Source: a virus
Virus record (IMG/VR): IMGVR_UViG_3300045988_074365
Span: 1-54,317 of that record
Reading direction: 5' to 3' (one strand)
Length of the DNA: 54,317 nt
The notes below the pieces were generated by a model. It was not told where the DNA came from. It made no database searches and worked only from the letters and a program-made list of their open reading frames with translations. Within the stretch, counting starts at the first letter, position 1, and each line of letters opens with the position of its first letter. Below are positions 6,881 to 16,913 of this stretch, piece by piece. Both the position numbers and the translations under genes were made by a program.

Positions 6881-8599
6881 ATGTCTGAATTGGAAAGTTT
6901 AATTTCTGATTGCGAAAAATACATATCCCAAAAAGGAATAGATGAAAACATTATAGAAGTCTACTACAACGTGTGCCAGCTTGCCAAGAATGAGGGCGAA
7001 ATTGACACAATGTTAAAATGTACGGCTAGGACAAAAGAACTCATAGAAAAGGCTTGTATGCGTGATATAGGCATAGATATTTTTGAACTTGAAAAATATA
7101 CATTCAACAACAATATAGACAATGATTTAGTCAATAGATATTTTGATACCTTATTGCTTGAAGCTCCGCACTTATTTCACAGCTATTTGCTTTATCTTGA
7201 AAAAGACAGAGAAGAGAGTGAAAGATTTTATCAGCCAAAAATGAAACAGCTTAATAAATACGGGCTTATTCAAGCTATGCAAGATTTGGAAGACGACAAA
7301 TATAATAGATTATGTATTTCTATGCCACCAGGAACGCAAAAAACTACACTGGAAAAATTTTTTTGTTCTTGGATAATTGGCAAGCACCCTAAAGATTACA
7401 GCCTTTTCTTTTCTCACAGCAACGAAATTACAGGAAAGTTTTATAAAGGAGTGCTTGACATAACAACAGATGATAAAGAATATAAATGGAATGTTATTTT
7501 CCCTAATTTACCAGTACAAAGCACAAATGCACAGGCACAAGAAGCTAATTTCGGCAAATACAAAGCATTTTCAAGTATTCAATGTTCATCAATAGGAGCT
7601 AAGAACGCAGGTAAGGTTAGAACTAACCGTTATTTATATTGTGATGACCTTATAGGCTCTATTGAAGAAGCACTTAATCCAATAATTCTTGAAAAAATAT
7701 GGAGAATTTATGGAGTCGATTTAAAACAAAGAAAGCTAAACGAACAAGTAAAAGAAATAATTATAATGACCAGATGGAGCACAAAAGACATTATTGGACA
7801 TATTATTGAGCTTTATGGAAACGACCCAAAGTTAAAAATTATTTCTATTCCAGATATTGACCCTAAAACAGGGAAAAGTAATTTTGACTATGAATATAAT
7901 GGAATGTCGGTGGAGTTTTTTAATGATCAAGCACTGACAATGGATGATATATCTTATAGATGCCTTTACAAGCAAGACCCAATAGAACGTGAGGGATTGC
8001 TTTATCCAGAAGACAAAATAATGAGGTACAAAGAACTTCCTAAAACACGAATTAAAAGAATTACTGGACAATGTGACACGAAATCCTCTGGTACTGATTT
8101 TTATGTGTTTCCTTGTCTGGTTGAATTTGAAGGATATGAGGGAACGTACTACTGCACTGATACTATATGCAACAATTCGGCAGATTACGAAAAACAATAT
8201 GAAAATTCAGCAAATTTAATTGTCGATAATGAAATGCAAGATTGCGATTTTGAAGCCAATCAAGGCGGAGATAGGGTTGCGAATGAAGTCAGAAAACGAG
8301 TAGAAGAAAAAGGCTGGTTATGCAATATATCAGACACCGCAACCGAAACGAACAAAGAAGCAAGAATATTTCAGTGTTCTAGCTGGGTATTGCAACATAT
8401 TGTGTTCAAAGATAGGAGCCTATATGAACCTAAGAGCGATTATGCAGAGATGATGAGTTGGTTATTGAAATATTCAGTATCTGGTAAAAATTTGCACGAT
8501 GATGTACCGGATGTTTTTTCAAATTTTGCATTAAGAATGAAAAGAGGAAATAAAACAGCTAAAGTTGAAGCCACTATAAATCCATTTAGGAGGTATTAA
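6881..8599 (+). CDS. terL: terminase large subunit
   Basis: Walker A-like PPGTQKTT, Walker B-like YLYCDDLIG, TRWS coupling motif, and a C-terminal nuclease-like DFEANQGGD...TNKEARI. GGAGGTG RBS before the ATG at 6881. Confidence 0.85.
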   Translation: MSELESLISDCEKYISQKGIDENIIEVYYNVCQLAKNEGEIDTMLKCTARTKELIEKACMRDIGIDIFELEKYTFNNNIDNDLVNRYFDTLLLEAPHLFHSYLLYLEKDREESERFYQPKMKQLNKYGLIQAMQDLEDDKYNRLCISMPPGTQKTTLEKFFCSWIIGKHPKDYSLFFSHSNEITGKFYKGVLDITTDDKEYKWNVIFPNLPVQSTNAQAQEANFGKYKAFSSIQCSSIGAKNAGKVRTNRYLYCDDLIGSIEEALNPIILEKIWRIYGVDLKQRKLNEQVKEIIIMTRWSTKDIIGHIIELYGNDPKLKIISIPDIDPKTGKSNFDYEYNGMSVEFFNDQALTMDDISYRCLYKQDPIEREGLLYPEDKIMRYKELPKTRIKRITGQCDTKSSGTDFYVFPCLVEFEGYEGTYYCTDTICNNSADYEKQYENSANLIVDNEMQDCDFEANQGGDRVANEVRKRVEEKGWLCNISDTATETNKEARIFQCSSWVLQHIVFKDRSLYEPKSDYAEMMSWLLKYSVSGKNLHDDVPDVFSNFALRMKRGNKTAKVEATINPFRRY

Positions 8600-8603
8600 T
8601 ATT

Positions 8604-9038
8604 ATGGTAACAAAGGAAGTTTTATCACAATATTCGGATTTACAGGAAGAAATCAAAGAAGTAAGGCTAAAGATAGAGCGACTTGAAAGAGATATAAGTA
8701 AAATTGAAGCCGGGGAAACTGTTGTAGATTCTGTTTGCGGCGGAGATGGCGGTAAACAACATTTTAAGATTGAGGGCATACCATTTCCAGAGTATGGCAG
8801 AAAGAAAACGCTCCTATATGCAAGAAAAGCCACATTACAGTTATTGGAAGATGACTTATTAGAAAAAACCAATGAAGTTGAAGAGTTTATAGCCAAACTT
8901 GATGACAGCAGGATGAGAAGAATAATTAACCTTAGGTTTTTGGAAAATAAAAGTTGGGTTCAGATAGCACATATCATAGGTGGGAACACAGAAGATAGTA
9001 TTAGAATGGCTTTTAACCGGTTTATTGAACAAAAATAA
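8604..9038 (+). CDS. sigma-factor region-4-like HTH protein (late regulator candidate)
   Basis: AGGAGG RBS. C terminus RRIINLRFLENKSWVQIAHIIGGNTEDSIRMAFNRF. Confidence 0.55.
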   Translation: MVTKEVLSQYSDLQEEIKEVRLKIERLERDISKIEAGETVVDSVCGGDGGKQHFKIEGIPFPEYGRKKTLLYARKATLQLLEDDLLEKTNEVEEFIAKLDDSRMRRIINLRFLENKSWVQIAHIIGGNTEDSIRMAFNRFIEQK

Positions 9039-9168
9039 TAAAAGTTGTTCGATTTGTTCGGAAACAATATTGTATTATTACGATGAAAGTACTACTCCAT
9101 AGACAATCTTTAAAAAGTATCGTCACTTAATTGTGGCGGTGCTTTTTATTATGCAAAGAGGTAACAGA

Positions 9169-9381
9169 ATGGATTTTTATAGCAACAAAGACAAATCAAT
9201 TATATGTCCTAATTGCCACAAGTTCTTAACTAAGGCAGATAGCAAAGACCCAAGGACGCATAAAATAACGTGTGGACATTGTGGAAAATGGATATGGTAT
9301 GTACCAAACGATGAAGACAGTTTTCAAATTAAGGAAGTACCAAACAATAGGACAACTTCAAGCGGTAAAACGTTTTATTAG
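9169..9381 (+). CDS. small zinc-ribbon protein
   Basis: CPNC...CGHCG. The ATG at 9169 has an AGAGGT RBS. Confidence 0.6.
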   Translation: MDFYSNKDKSIICPNCHKFLTKADSKDPRTHKITCGHCGKWIWYVPNDEDSFQIKEVPNNRTTSSGKTFY

Positions 9382-9390
9382 GAGCAAGAT

Positions 9391-10827
9391 ATGAACACAA
9401 TGTATTTTCAAGACCTTGTTAGAGGCTGTTATGGTAGAAAAATTGCATACACAAATGTAGATACAATAACTGCTAACAATGTTGTTAAGGTTATTGGAAA
9501 TACTATAGGTGTATTTAATTGGAATAAACCGGTTATCAAGTATTTGTGGCACTATTACAAGGGCGACCAACCAATATTGTACAGGCATAAGCTAACCAAT
9601 GAAGATATTACAAACAAGATTGTTGAGAATCACGCATACGAAATTGTTCAGTTTAAGGTAGGGCAGACGTATGGCGAACCAATCCAGTTTATTAGCCGCA
9701 AAGATGATGAAGCTATCAATAAGGCAGTTGACATACTTAATGATTTTATGGCGGATGCCAATAAGCAGGAGAAAGACATTAAAGCCGGGGAGTGGCAGTC
9801 GGCAACAGGTACATCATTCAAAGCGGCACAGCCTAAAAATGGAGATGTGCCATTCAGAATTGTAGCACCTACGCCACTTAATACTTATGCTATTTATAAT
9901 GAGAGCACCGAAGAACAGATACTTGTCGTGCAAGAGCTTAAAGACGAGGATGGAAACTGGTATAAGATGGCATTTTCCGACACTATGTCTTTTAGAATTG
10001 TTGACAGCAAAGTAGTTGAAACGAAACTACATACATATGGTGAAATCCCTATTGTAGAGTTCCCTAATAACCATGAAAGAATATCTGATATCGAGCTTGT
10101 AATAGGTATGTTAGACGCTATTAATAACATGCAGTCTAACAGAATGGATAGTATACAGCAGTTTGTTGAGTATTGGGTTAAGTTTGTTAATTGCGAAATT
10201 GACGAAGAGAACTTTAAGAAAATGAAAGAAAATCACGCATTGGTTGTTAAGTCAATGAATAAAGATAACAAGTCTGATGTCGATATTATGACACAGGAGC
10301 TTAATCAAACACAATGCCAAGTTGCTAAAGATGATTTGTGGGATAATACATTATCCATATTAGCCATTCCGACAAAACAAAGTAACACCGGCGGAGATAC
10401 GCAAGGGGCAGTTCAATTAAGAAACGGATGGGACTTCTCTAAGACAAGAGCAAAATTGAAAGACCCTGTTGTTAAAACATGTGAAAAACGATTGGCAATA
10501 GTTGTTCTTAATATCCTAAGGCTTGCAGGAGAAGATTTAAAGTTGTCAGTCAGAGATTTTGATGTACAGATAAATCATAGCCCACAGGACAATATGTACA
10601 CCAAGGCACAGACACTCACAGTATTGCTTCAAAGCGGCATACATCCACTTATAGCAATTAAGACAGTTGGATTATGGGGTGATTCTGAAAAAACATATGT
10701 GTTATCTAAACCATATTTAAATAATCTGTACAAAACCATTAAAGATGTAGAAGAACAAGAAAAGAAAGCACAAGAGATAGTTAATCAACTTAATAATAAT
10801 CAGCAAAATAAGGCAGTTATCGAATAA
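9391..10827 (+). CDS. portal protein (SPP1 gp6-like)
   Basis: 478 aa, placed just after terL and before the scaffold gene, with sequence character typical of SPP1-family portals. Confidence 0.8.
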   Translation: MNTMYFQDLVRGCYGRKIAYTNVDTITANNVVKVIGNTIGVFNWNKPVIKYLWHYYKGDQPILYRHKLTNEDITNKIVENHAYEIVQFKVGQTYGEPIQFISRKDDEAINKAVDILNDFMADANKQEKDIKAGEWQSATGTSFKAAQPKNGDVPFRIVAPTPLNTYAIYNESTEEQILVVQELKDEDGNWYKMAFSDTMSFRIVDSKVVETKLHTYGEIPIVEFPNNHERISDIELVIGMLDAINNMQSNRMDSIQQFVEYWVKFVNCEIDEENFKKMKENHALVVKSMNKDNKSDVDIMTQELNQTQCQVAKDDLWDNTLSILAIPTKQSNTGGDTQGAVQLRNGWDFSKTRAKLKDPVVKTCEKRLAIVVLNILRLAGEDLKLSVRDFDVQINHSPQDNMYTKAQTLTVLLQSGIHPLIAIKTVGLWGDSEKTYVLSKPYLNNLYKTIKDVEEQEKKAQEIVNQLNNNQQNKAVIE

Positions 10828-10931
10828 TCGGTACCTGCTTTTATTTTATAAAAATTGCACCTATGCGTGAAATAGGAGAAATCACAAGTTGAGCAACCAA
10901 CGTAAAAAAGCGTAGTGAATCGGAGGTAATT

Positions 10932-11504
10932 ATGACAAGAGAACAGGCAAAACAGAATCTTATTTCAATCGGAGTGACAGAGCCGACAGACGAACAGATA
11001 AGTAATTATCTGAATCAGGTCAATGGCGAGACAAAGAAAGAAAAAGACAGAGCAGACGGCTACAAGGCTAAAGCTGACACAGCAGACAGTTTACAGAAAC
11101 AGCTTGATGAAATACAGGCTGGTAATCTGACGGAGCTTGAAAAGGCAAATAAAGCCTTAGATACAGCTAATCAGCAGATAGCGGATTTACAGAAATCTAA
11201 CGCTATCAGAGACCAGAGGGAAGCAGCTATGACTAATTTTAAGATTACTGCTGAACAGGCAAAGACAGTTGTTAAAGACGATGGGAGCCTTGATTATACC
11301 GAACTTGGCAAGATTATGTCCGAAAAAGAAACAGCTGCGGCACAGGCTAAGGAACAGGAGATTGCAAAACATCAGGATATTCCGGGCGGTGGCAGTAATA
11401 AAGGCGGTGCAGACAATAAGACAAACGCTGAAAAGATAGCAGAAAGCCTTATATCTAATGCACCTAAGAACAATGACGTTTTATCACATTACATTCAGCA
11501 ATAA
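10932..11504 (+). CDS. scaffolding protein
   Basis: 190 aa, coiled-coil, Lys/Glu/Gln-rich, located between portal and capsid. GGAGG RBS. Confidence 0.7.
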   Translation: MTREQAKQNLISIGVTEPTDEQISNYLNQVNGETKKEKDRADGYKAKADTADSLQKQLDEIQAGNLTELEKANKALDTANQQIADLQKSNAIRDQREAAMTNFKITAEQAKTVVKDDGSLDYTELGKIMSEKETAAAQAKEQEIAKHQDIPGGGSNKGGADNKTNAEKIAESLISNAPKNNDVLSHYIQQ

Positions 11505-11517
11505 CAGGAGGTAAGAA

Positions 11518-11871
11518 ATGGCAAAGGAAATGAATATGCAATATGAAAAGACTTCATACGCAGGAGATGTTCAGATTTTAAAGAGAGAGCCTAACGAAGC
11601 AATCCCATTAACACTTGATTTTTCAGCGGTAACAGAAAAGGATGCGAATGGAAAGAAGATTGTAAAAGCTGGTACACCTGTAAACAAGTCAGGTGTGGCT
11701 GATAATACAGCAACAGCAATCGGAATCTTAAGATTTGATGTAACAGAAGACAGACCACAGGGAGTAGCACTTAAAAAGGCATATCTTAATATAAAGGTAG
11801 CGGAAGCACATTCCGGCGTTACATATGACGCAGCAGTTAAGACAGCTCTTCCAATGATTGTATTTGAATAA
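11518..11871 (+). CDS. small head protein (decoration-like)
   Basis: 117 aa, immediately upstream of the capsid gene. AGGAGG RBS. Confidence 0.5.
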   Translation: MAKEMNMQYEKTSYAGDVQILKREPNEAIPLTLDFSAVTEKDANGKKIVKAGTPVNKSGVADNTATAIGILRFDVTEDRPQGVALKKAYLNIKVAEAHSGVTYDAAVKTALPMIVFE

Positions 11872-11888
11872 TAACAGGAGGTAAACAG

Positions 11889-12962
11889 ATGTTAATTAAT
11901 GAAGTATTAGACAGTAAGTCTATCGCATTATCGGCAACAGAAAACGCTAGCAATCAGATACCTTATCTTGGTTTACAGTGGTTTCCTGAAAGAAAGAAAC
12001 AGGGGCTTGATTTAAGTTGGATTAAGACACACAAAGGACTTCCGGTATCACTTGCACCATCCAACTTTGACACGATTCCAACTCTTAGAGCTAGAGAGGG
12101 ATTAAGCAAGGAAAAAACACAGATGGCATTTTTCCGTGAGGGAATGACAGTTGGCGAAGAGGAAATGCTTGAAATCGAGCGTATTCAGTCAGCAGACGAC
12201 CCTTATCTTGCAAGCGCTTTAGCAAGCGTATATGACGATATTAACAACCTTGTAAGCGGTGCAGAAGTTGTACCAGAGCGTATGAGAATGTCACTTCTTT
12301 CTACAAATGCAGGTCATCCGGTAATTGCTATCGTAAGTGATGGCGTTCAGTATGCTTACGATTATGACAAGGATGGTTCATACACAAAAGACCATTACGC
12401 AAAGTTAACCGGCACAAGTATGTGGAGCGATACAACCAATTCAAAGCCACTTACAGACCTTAACAATGCAAGAAAGAAGTTACAGAAACAGGGCAAGATT
12501 GCCAGATATGCACTTATGAACAGCAATACATTCCAGTATCTGCTTGACAATGCACAGATAAGAAACTCAATCCTTGCACAGAACCTTACAGCAACTATTG
12601 AGGTTGACGATGATACTGTTATTTCAGTAGTACAGAAGAGAACAAAGCTCACTATCGTGCTTTACGATAAGATGTACATTGATGATGATGGTAAGGAGCA
12701 GTACTTCTACCCGGATAACAAGGTTACACTTCTTCCAGCTAGCAATCTTGGTAGCACTTGGTTCGGCACTACACCAGAAGAAAGAACAGCAAGACAGTTA
12801 CCTAATGTCGATGTTACAACATACGGTGTAGGTATTACGGTTGCTACGAAGACAGAGTACGGACCACCTATGAAGATGTCAACATTCGCTTCCGAAGTTG
12901 TACTTCCATCATATGAAAATATGGATAGCACATTCGTATATGAGGTTCATAGCGAAGAGTAG
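11889..12962 (+). CDS. major capsid protein
   Basis: 357 aa, synteny after the scaffold and small head protein. AGGAGG RBS. Confidence 0.75.
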   Translation: MLINEVLDSKSIALSATENASNQIPYLGLQWFPERKKQGLDLSWIKTHKGLPVSLAPSNFDTIPTLRAREGLSKEKTQMAFFREGMTVGEEEMLEIERIQSADDPYLASALASVYDDINNLVSGAEVVPERMRMSLLSTNAGHPVIAIVSDGVQYAYDYDKDGSYTKDHYAKLTGTSMWSDTTNSKPLTDLNNARKKLQKQGKIARYALMNSNTFQYLLDNAQIRNSILAQNLTATIEVDDDTVISVVQKRTKLTIVLYDKMYIDDDGKEQYFYPDNKVTLLPASNLGSTWFGTTPEERTARQLPNVDVTTYGVGITVATKTEYGPPMKMSTFASEVVLPSYENMDSTFVYEVHSEE

Positions 12963-12973
12963 GAGGTGCAACT

Positions 12974-13201
12974 ATGAAATATCCACATATAGTGGTTCAT
13001 AATGGCAAATGGTATAGCGCAGGCGAAGAAGTCCCGGAAAAGAACAATTCTGGGGCTTCTTTCGATTATAGCAAGACAACCATTAATCGTATGTCTACAT
13101 CTGATTTACAGGTTTTTGCTACAAAACAAGGCATAGACAACGCAGAAGAACTTACAGGAGCAGAGTTGAAGAAGCTGTTAATTGAGAAATTAGGATTATA
13201 G
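12974..13201 (+). CDS. hypothetical head-module protein
   Basis: AGGAGG RBS. The C-terminal TGAELKKLLIEKLGL is SAP/Rho-N-like. Confidence 0.55.
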   Translation: MKYPHIVVHNGKWYSAGEEVPEKNNSGASFDYSKTTINRMSTSDLQVFATKQGIDNAEELTGAELKKLLIEKLGL

Positions 13202-13212
13202 GAGCTTAAATT

Positions 13213-13590
13213 ATGGAATACACCACATTAGAACAGGTTAAAATCAGACTTAAACAATTTCATATTGATACAGTCACGAATGATGATGAAACAACATCTG
13301 ATGTGGTAGTGTTCGACAACAAAGAAGATAATCCAATAATCGAACAGCTTATTAAGCAGGCTACAGAAGATGTAAAGGCAAAAAGAAATTATCCAGACAG
13401 CTACACAGACGAAATGATAACCGAGGACTTAAAGAGATTTGAGAGTGTTATTGTTAATCTGGCTGTCTATGACCATTCACAAGCAGGTGAAGCATTTATG
13501 GCAAGCTACAATGAGAATGGTGTCAACAGAACTTGGAAAGATAGAGACAACTTATTTGTTGGGGTATTTCCTTTTGCTAAAGTCTTATAA
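13213..13590 (+). CDS. head-tail connector (gp6-like)
   Basis: Starts LEQVKIRLK..., 125 aa, located in the head-completion module. Confidence 0.55.
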   Translation: MEYTTLEQVKIRLKQFHIDTVTNDDETTSDVVVFDNKEDNPIIEQLIKQATEDVKAKRNYPDSYTDEMITEDLKRFESVIVNLAVYDHSQAGEAFMASYNENGVNRTWKDRDNLFVGVFPFAKVL

Positions 13591-13683
13591 AGAAGATTGT
13601 GCGTTACCAATATGGTAGCAGGCGGCACACATTAAGCGGTGGTGGGTGGTGTGCCATTATTCATTATGAAAGGCGGTATATCA

Positions 13684-14007
13684 ATGCCAACAGCAGTAAT
13701 TATAAGTATTATTTCGGTTACTTTTTCCGTCTTTTTTGGGCTGTTTACATTAGGATTTAATCTTAAGAATAGCAAAAAGTCTGACAAGGCAGAACTTACG
13801 GAGCGTGTAAAGGAAAATACACGCATAAATATGAAACTTGACACAATATCAGGCAACACAACAGAGATAAAGAATGAAGTTATAGAAATGAGAAAAGAGC
13901 TTAATTCTCACGATAGCCGAATTGTCAAGGTTGAAGAAAGCGTAAAGTCAGCACACCACCGAATAGACGGATTGGAAACACGGCTTAATGAAGATAAGGA
14001 GGTATAG
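13684..14007 (+). CDS. membrane-anchored coiled-coil protein (XhlA-like in composition)
   Basis: N-terminal TM segment (AVIISIISVTFSVFFGLFTLGF) followed by a heptad coiled coil. The start is uncertain (13639, 13666 or 13684). Confidence 0.45.
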   Translation: MPTAVIISIISVTFSVFFGLFTLGFNLKNSKKSDKAELTERVKENTRINMKLDTISGNTTEIKNEVIEMRKELNSHDSRIVKVEESVKSAHHRIDGLETRLNEDKEV

Positions 14008-14011
14008 CAGA

Positions 14012-14338
14012 ATGGAAATTATGCAGGTATTAATCGCAAATATGACAATTATCCTTGCGATTGTCGGGGCGTTAGCTTTTGTAGTGTCTGTAATTACACA
14101 AGTAATTAAGGGCATTGGAGTATTCAATAAAGTGCCTACAGATATTATAGTATTTATCCTGTCAATCGGTATTACTGTAGCAGCATTTGTTGCCTATATG
14201 CAGTATGTTCAGATGACAATACTGTGGTATATGATTCTTGCGGCAATTATGGCAGGATTTGTTGTAGCATTTATTTCAATGTATGGATGGGAAAAGCTGT
14301 CTGAATTATGGAAGCGATTTGGCAAGGATGTGAAGTAA
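14012..14338 (+). CDS. holin-like protein with three predicted TM segments
   Basis: AAGGAGG RBS before the ATG at 14012. Three hydrophobic segments and a charged C terminus (WKRFGKDVK). Confidence 0.5.
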   Translation: MEIMQVLIANMTIILAIVGALAFVVSVITQVIKGIGVFNKVPTDIIVFILSIGITVAAFVAYMQYVQMTILWYMILAAIMAGFVVAFISMYGWEKLSELWKRFGKDVK

Positions 14339-14339
14339 T

Positions 14340-14798
14340 ATGCTTGACATCAATAAGCAGGCTATGAAGTATTCGCTTCAAGGACAGACAGTAACCATTT
14401 ACGAAAGAGATGATGATGGCAATATCCTATATGAGGGATATACCGACACAGAGGGTAACTTCATTCCTTATCTTGATGATGAGGGAAATAAGATACCTAA
14501 AGTTCTTGAAGAAAAAACAGGCTTTTCAGAGCCAGTTGACTTCAAAGCAAACATAGCTTTCAGCGGTGGAGAAGCACAAAGCAAGGAATACGGCTTTGAT
14601 ACCGCTGATTTTGACGCTATTTTGCTGACAGATAGGAATGTGTTGCCTATTCAAAAAGGCGACCTTATATGGCTCGATAGCAAGCCTACATACACATCTG
14701 ACAGTCTTGTTGATGAAACATCAGCGGATTTCACGATTGTAGGCATTAAGCCGGCATTATATTCAACTAAGTATATGCTTAAAGCAGTTGTAAAGTAG
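14340..14798 (+). CDS. head-tail joining protein (head-closure-like)
   Basis: Called from position and size only. Confidence 0.4.
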   Translation: MLDINKQAMKYSLQGQTVTIYERDDDGNILYEGYTDTEGNFIPYLDDEGNKIPKVLEEKTGFSEPVDFKANIAFSGGEAQSKEYGFDTADFDAILLTDRNVLPIQKGDLIWLDSKPTYTSDSLVDETSADFTIVGIKPALYSTKYMLKAVVK

Positions 14799-14805
14799 GT
14801 GCGAT

Positions 14806-15348
14806 ATGGCAAGACATACAATTAAAATATCCTTGTCTCAAAATTCGATAAATGAAGCTATCAGACAGCTAAAACAGTATAAAGAATGGGTTACTGAAAA
14901 GACTTGCCAACTTGTTAAAGAGCTTGCGGAAATTGGAATACCTGTCATAGATGAAAACATGGCAAAAGCTAGCTACGCTTACGATGCAGAAGGTGTCAGA
15001 AGTGGTTCTAACACAAACCACTACACATACGTCAAGCTCCGGTCTTTTGGCGGCTACAATGAAGCGATTCTGATTGTAGAGGGCAAAGAACTTATGTTTA
15101 TTGAGTTTGGAGCCGGTGTTTTTTACAACGGAGAAGCAGGTACAAGCCCACATCCAAAAGGCGAAGTAAATGGTATGGTAATCGGTTCCTATGGCGAGGG
15201 ACACGGCGTTCAAAAGATATGGGGATATTACGCCGACAGCGGAGAACTCATTCTTACACACGGCGTAGAAGCACAAATGCCTGTTTATAAGGCTGATATG
15301 GAAATAATCCAAAAATACACAGAAGTGGCAAGGAGAGTGTTTAGTTAA
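14806..15348 (+). CDS. neck / tail-attachment protein (HK97 gp10-like position)
   Basis: Called from position and size only. Confidence 0.4.
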   Translation: MARHTIKISLSQNSINEAIRQLKQYKEWVTEKTCQLVKELAEIGIPVIDENMAKASYAYDAEGVRSGSNTNHYTYVKLRSFGGYNEAILIVEGKELMFIEFGAGVFYNGEAGTSPHPKGEVNGMVIGSYGEGHGVQKIWGYYADSGELILTHGVEAQMPVYKADMEIIQKYTEVARRVFS

Positions 15349-15764
15349 TGGCAAATGCTAATGATTGGGCGACAGACCTTGAAAGTACAGTTGTGGCACT
15401 TGTCAAGGCTAAGAGCCTACCACAGTTACAAAAGAAATATCCCAAGGTCAGAATTACTGACGAGGGAGAAAGTAGCGGTTCGGCAGTATTCCCTACCGTA
15501 TACATTCATTTACTAACCCCAACCGAACAGGGACAAACACTTGACGGGCAAACGATTAACGCATTGTTAGCGACATTTCAAGTAGATGTCACAACCAACA
15601 CAAGCAAGTCTGACTGCCGTAAGGTTATGGCAACAGTTATGAATGTTTTTAAAGAGATGAGATTTCAAGGCAAATCATTGCCGGAAACTTCAATAAACAA
15701 CAAGATATATCACAGCGTGGCACGTTTTAGCCGTGTCATCGGTGCGAATGACAGATTAATTTAG
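15348..15764 (+). CDS. tail terminator / completion protein
   Basis: Sits immediately upstream of the major tail gene. ATG overlaps the previous stop. Confidence 0.4.
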   Translation: MANANDWATDLESTVVALVKAKSLPQLQKKYPKVRITDEGESSGSAVFPTVYIHLLTPTEQGQTLDGQTINALLATFQVDVTTNTSKSDCRKVMATVMNVFKEMRFQGKSLPETSINNKIYHSVARFSRVIGANDRLI

Positions 15765-15770
15765 CAACAA

Positions 15771-15798
15771 AGAGCAGAAATGCTCTTATTTTTTTTAT
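15771..15798 (+). terminator. rho-independent terminator
   Basis: agagca-gaaa-tgctct hairpin followed by a T-rich run. Confidence 0.6.
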
Positions 15799-15816
15799 CC
15801 AACAGGAGGTAGACAA

Positions 15817-16299
15817 ATGGCAAATGCAGTAGCAGGGTTAAGCACATTAGGCGTTACTTTTTCTTACGGCGTTGAAACAACGGCAGGAACAAAGCCAACA
15901 GCCTTTAAGTTACTTTCAAGAATTAACTCTATTGGCGAAATTACGGTAACACCGGAAGCAATAGACGCTTCGGCACTTGAAGACAGGCAGACAAGAAATA
16001 TTGCCGGAAGAGATACTGTATCTGACACAGTTACAGTTACTGTTAACAAAACAGATGAAACTATTGAAGAATGGAAAGCTGTTATTACCGCTTACAATGG
16101 TTTAACTGGTGGTAAGAGAATGTGGTTCCAGGAGATTACTCCGGGCATAACAGACGCAGAGTTCTTTGTAGCACAGCCACCATCAAAGTTACCAATCACA
16201 AGTAAGGAGCAGAACGGACTTCTTACAATGGCACTTAACCTCATTATTGAGGAAATGGTAGGTACTGACGCAAAGGTAGAGCCTACACCGGGGGAATAG
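15817..16299 (+). CDS. major tail protein
   Basis: 160 aa, AGGAGG RBS. N terminus MANAVAGLSTLGVTFSYGVETTAGTKP is typical of TP901-1/phi13-type tail tube proteins. Precedes the chaperone pair. Confidence 0.7.
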   Translation: MANAVAGLSTLGVTFSYGVETTAGTKPTAFKLLSRINSIGEITVTPEAIDASALEDRQTRNIAGRDTVSDTVTVTVNKTDETIEEWKAVITAYNGLTGGKRMWFQEITPGITDAEFFVAQPPSKLPITSKEQNGLLTMALNLIIEEMVGTDAKVEPTPGE

Positions 16300-16449
16300 T
16301 CAGTCAGTCACTTGATACAACAAATGCTGTTGTGACTGACAAGGAAGAAACAGCGGATTACACACCAATAGGTGAATAACAAGTCAGTAAAGGGCGGTCT
16401 AAGGGCTGCCCCTTTCCTATAGAAAATATAGGAGGAAAGGAAAATAACT

Positions 16450-16878
16450 ATGGAAATTAAAGCAAATGGAAAAGAATATGCACTTAGATTTAGTTTTGAC
16501 GCAGCAGAGGACAGAACTATTGTTCAGAAAATGTTTAATTACCTTACAGGTTCTTCAATGTTTGAAGATATGGACGGCAACCCGGTTCAGAGAGCACTTG
16601 AAGGAGCAGCGATAACAGTCGGAAATATGCCGCAGACTTGCATAGACGCAGTATATGCAGGATGTCTTGAAAAAAATGCTGTAACAAGAGAAGAAGCTAA
16701 ACAGATAGCAAGAGCATATTTAAGTGAAAACAAGAAAAATTACAGGGATTTATTCCTTGAAATTATAAAAGCGATGGAAGAAGACGGTTTTTTCGACCTG
16801 TCGGGAATAACATCGTCTCTGAACGCAATGGCGGAGAACATAGAGAAACAGATGGCGGAAGAAAATCCCGAAAAATAG
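16450..16878 (+). CDS. tail assembly chaperone (G-like)
   Basis: Located between the major tail and tape-measure genes. Contains a slippery heptamer. Confidence 0.7.
   Translation: MEIKANGKEYALRFSFDAAEDRTIVQKMFNYLTGSSMFEDMDGNPVQRALEGAAITVGNMPQTCIDAVYAGCLEKNAVTREEAKQIARAYLSENKKNYRDLFLEIIKAMEEDGFFDLSGITSSLNAMAENIEKQMAEENPEK
16788..16794 (+). promoter_or_regulatory. -1 programmed ribosomal frameshift heptamer T_TTT_TTC
   Basis: In the zero frame of 16450..16878 the codons are GGT TTT TTC. The -1 frame is open from 16761 through 17243. Confidence 0.65.
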
Positions 16879-16913
16879 ACATCCATAAGCTAATATGGGA
16901 AAAATATTTTCCT

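Noticed and set aside
16288-16380. Possible -1 frameshift extension of the major tail protein at CCGGGGG (a 29-aa extension in the -1 frame), plus (GTCA)3 at 16300..16311
   Set aside because: Only the A-site codon could re-pair. The extension is short and featureless, and three units is too short for an SSR switch.
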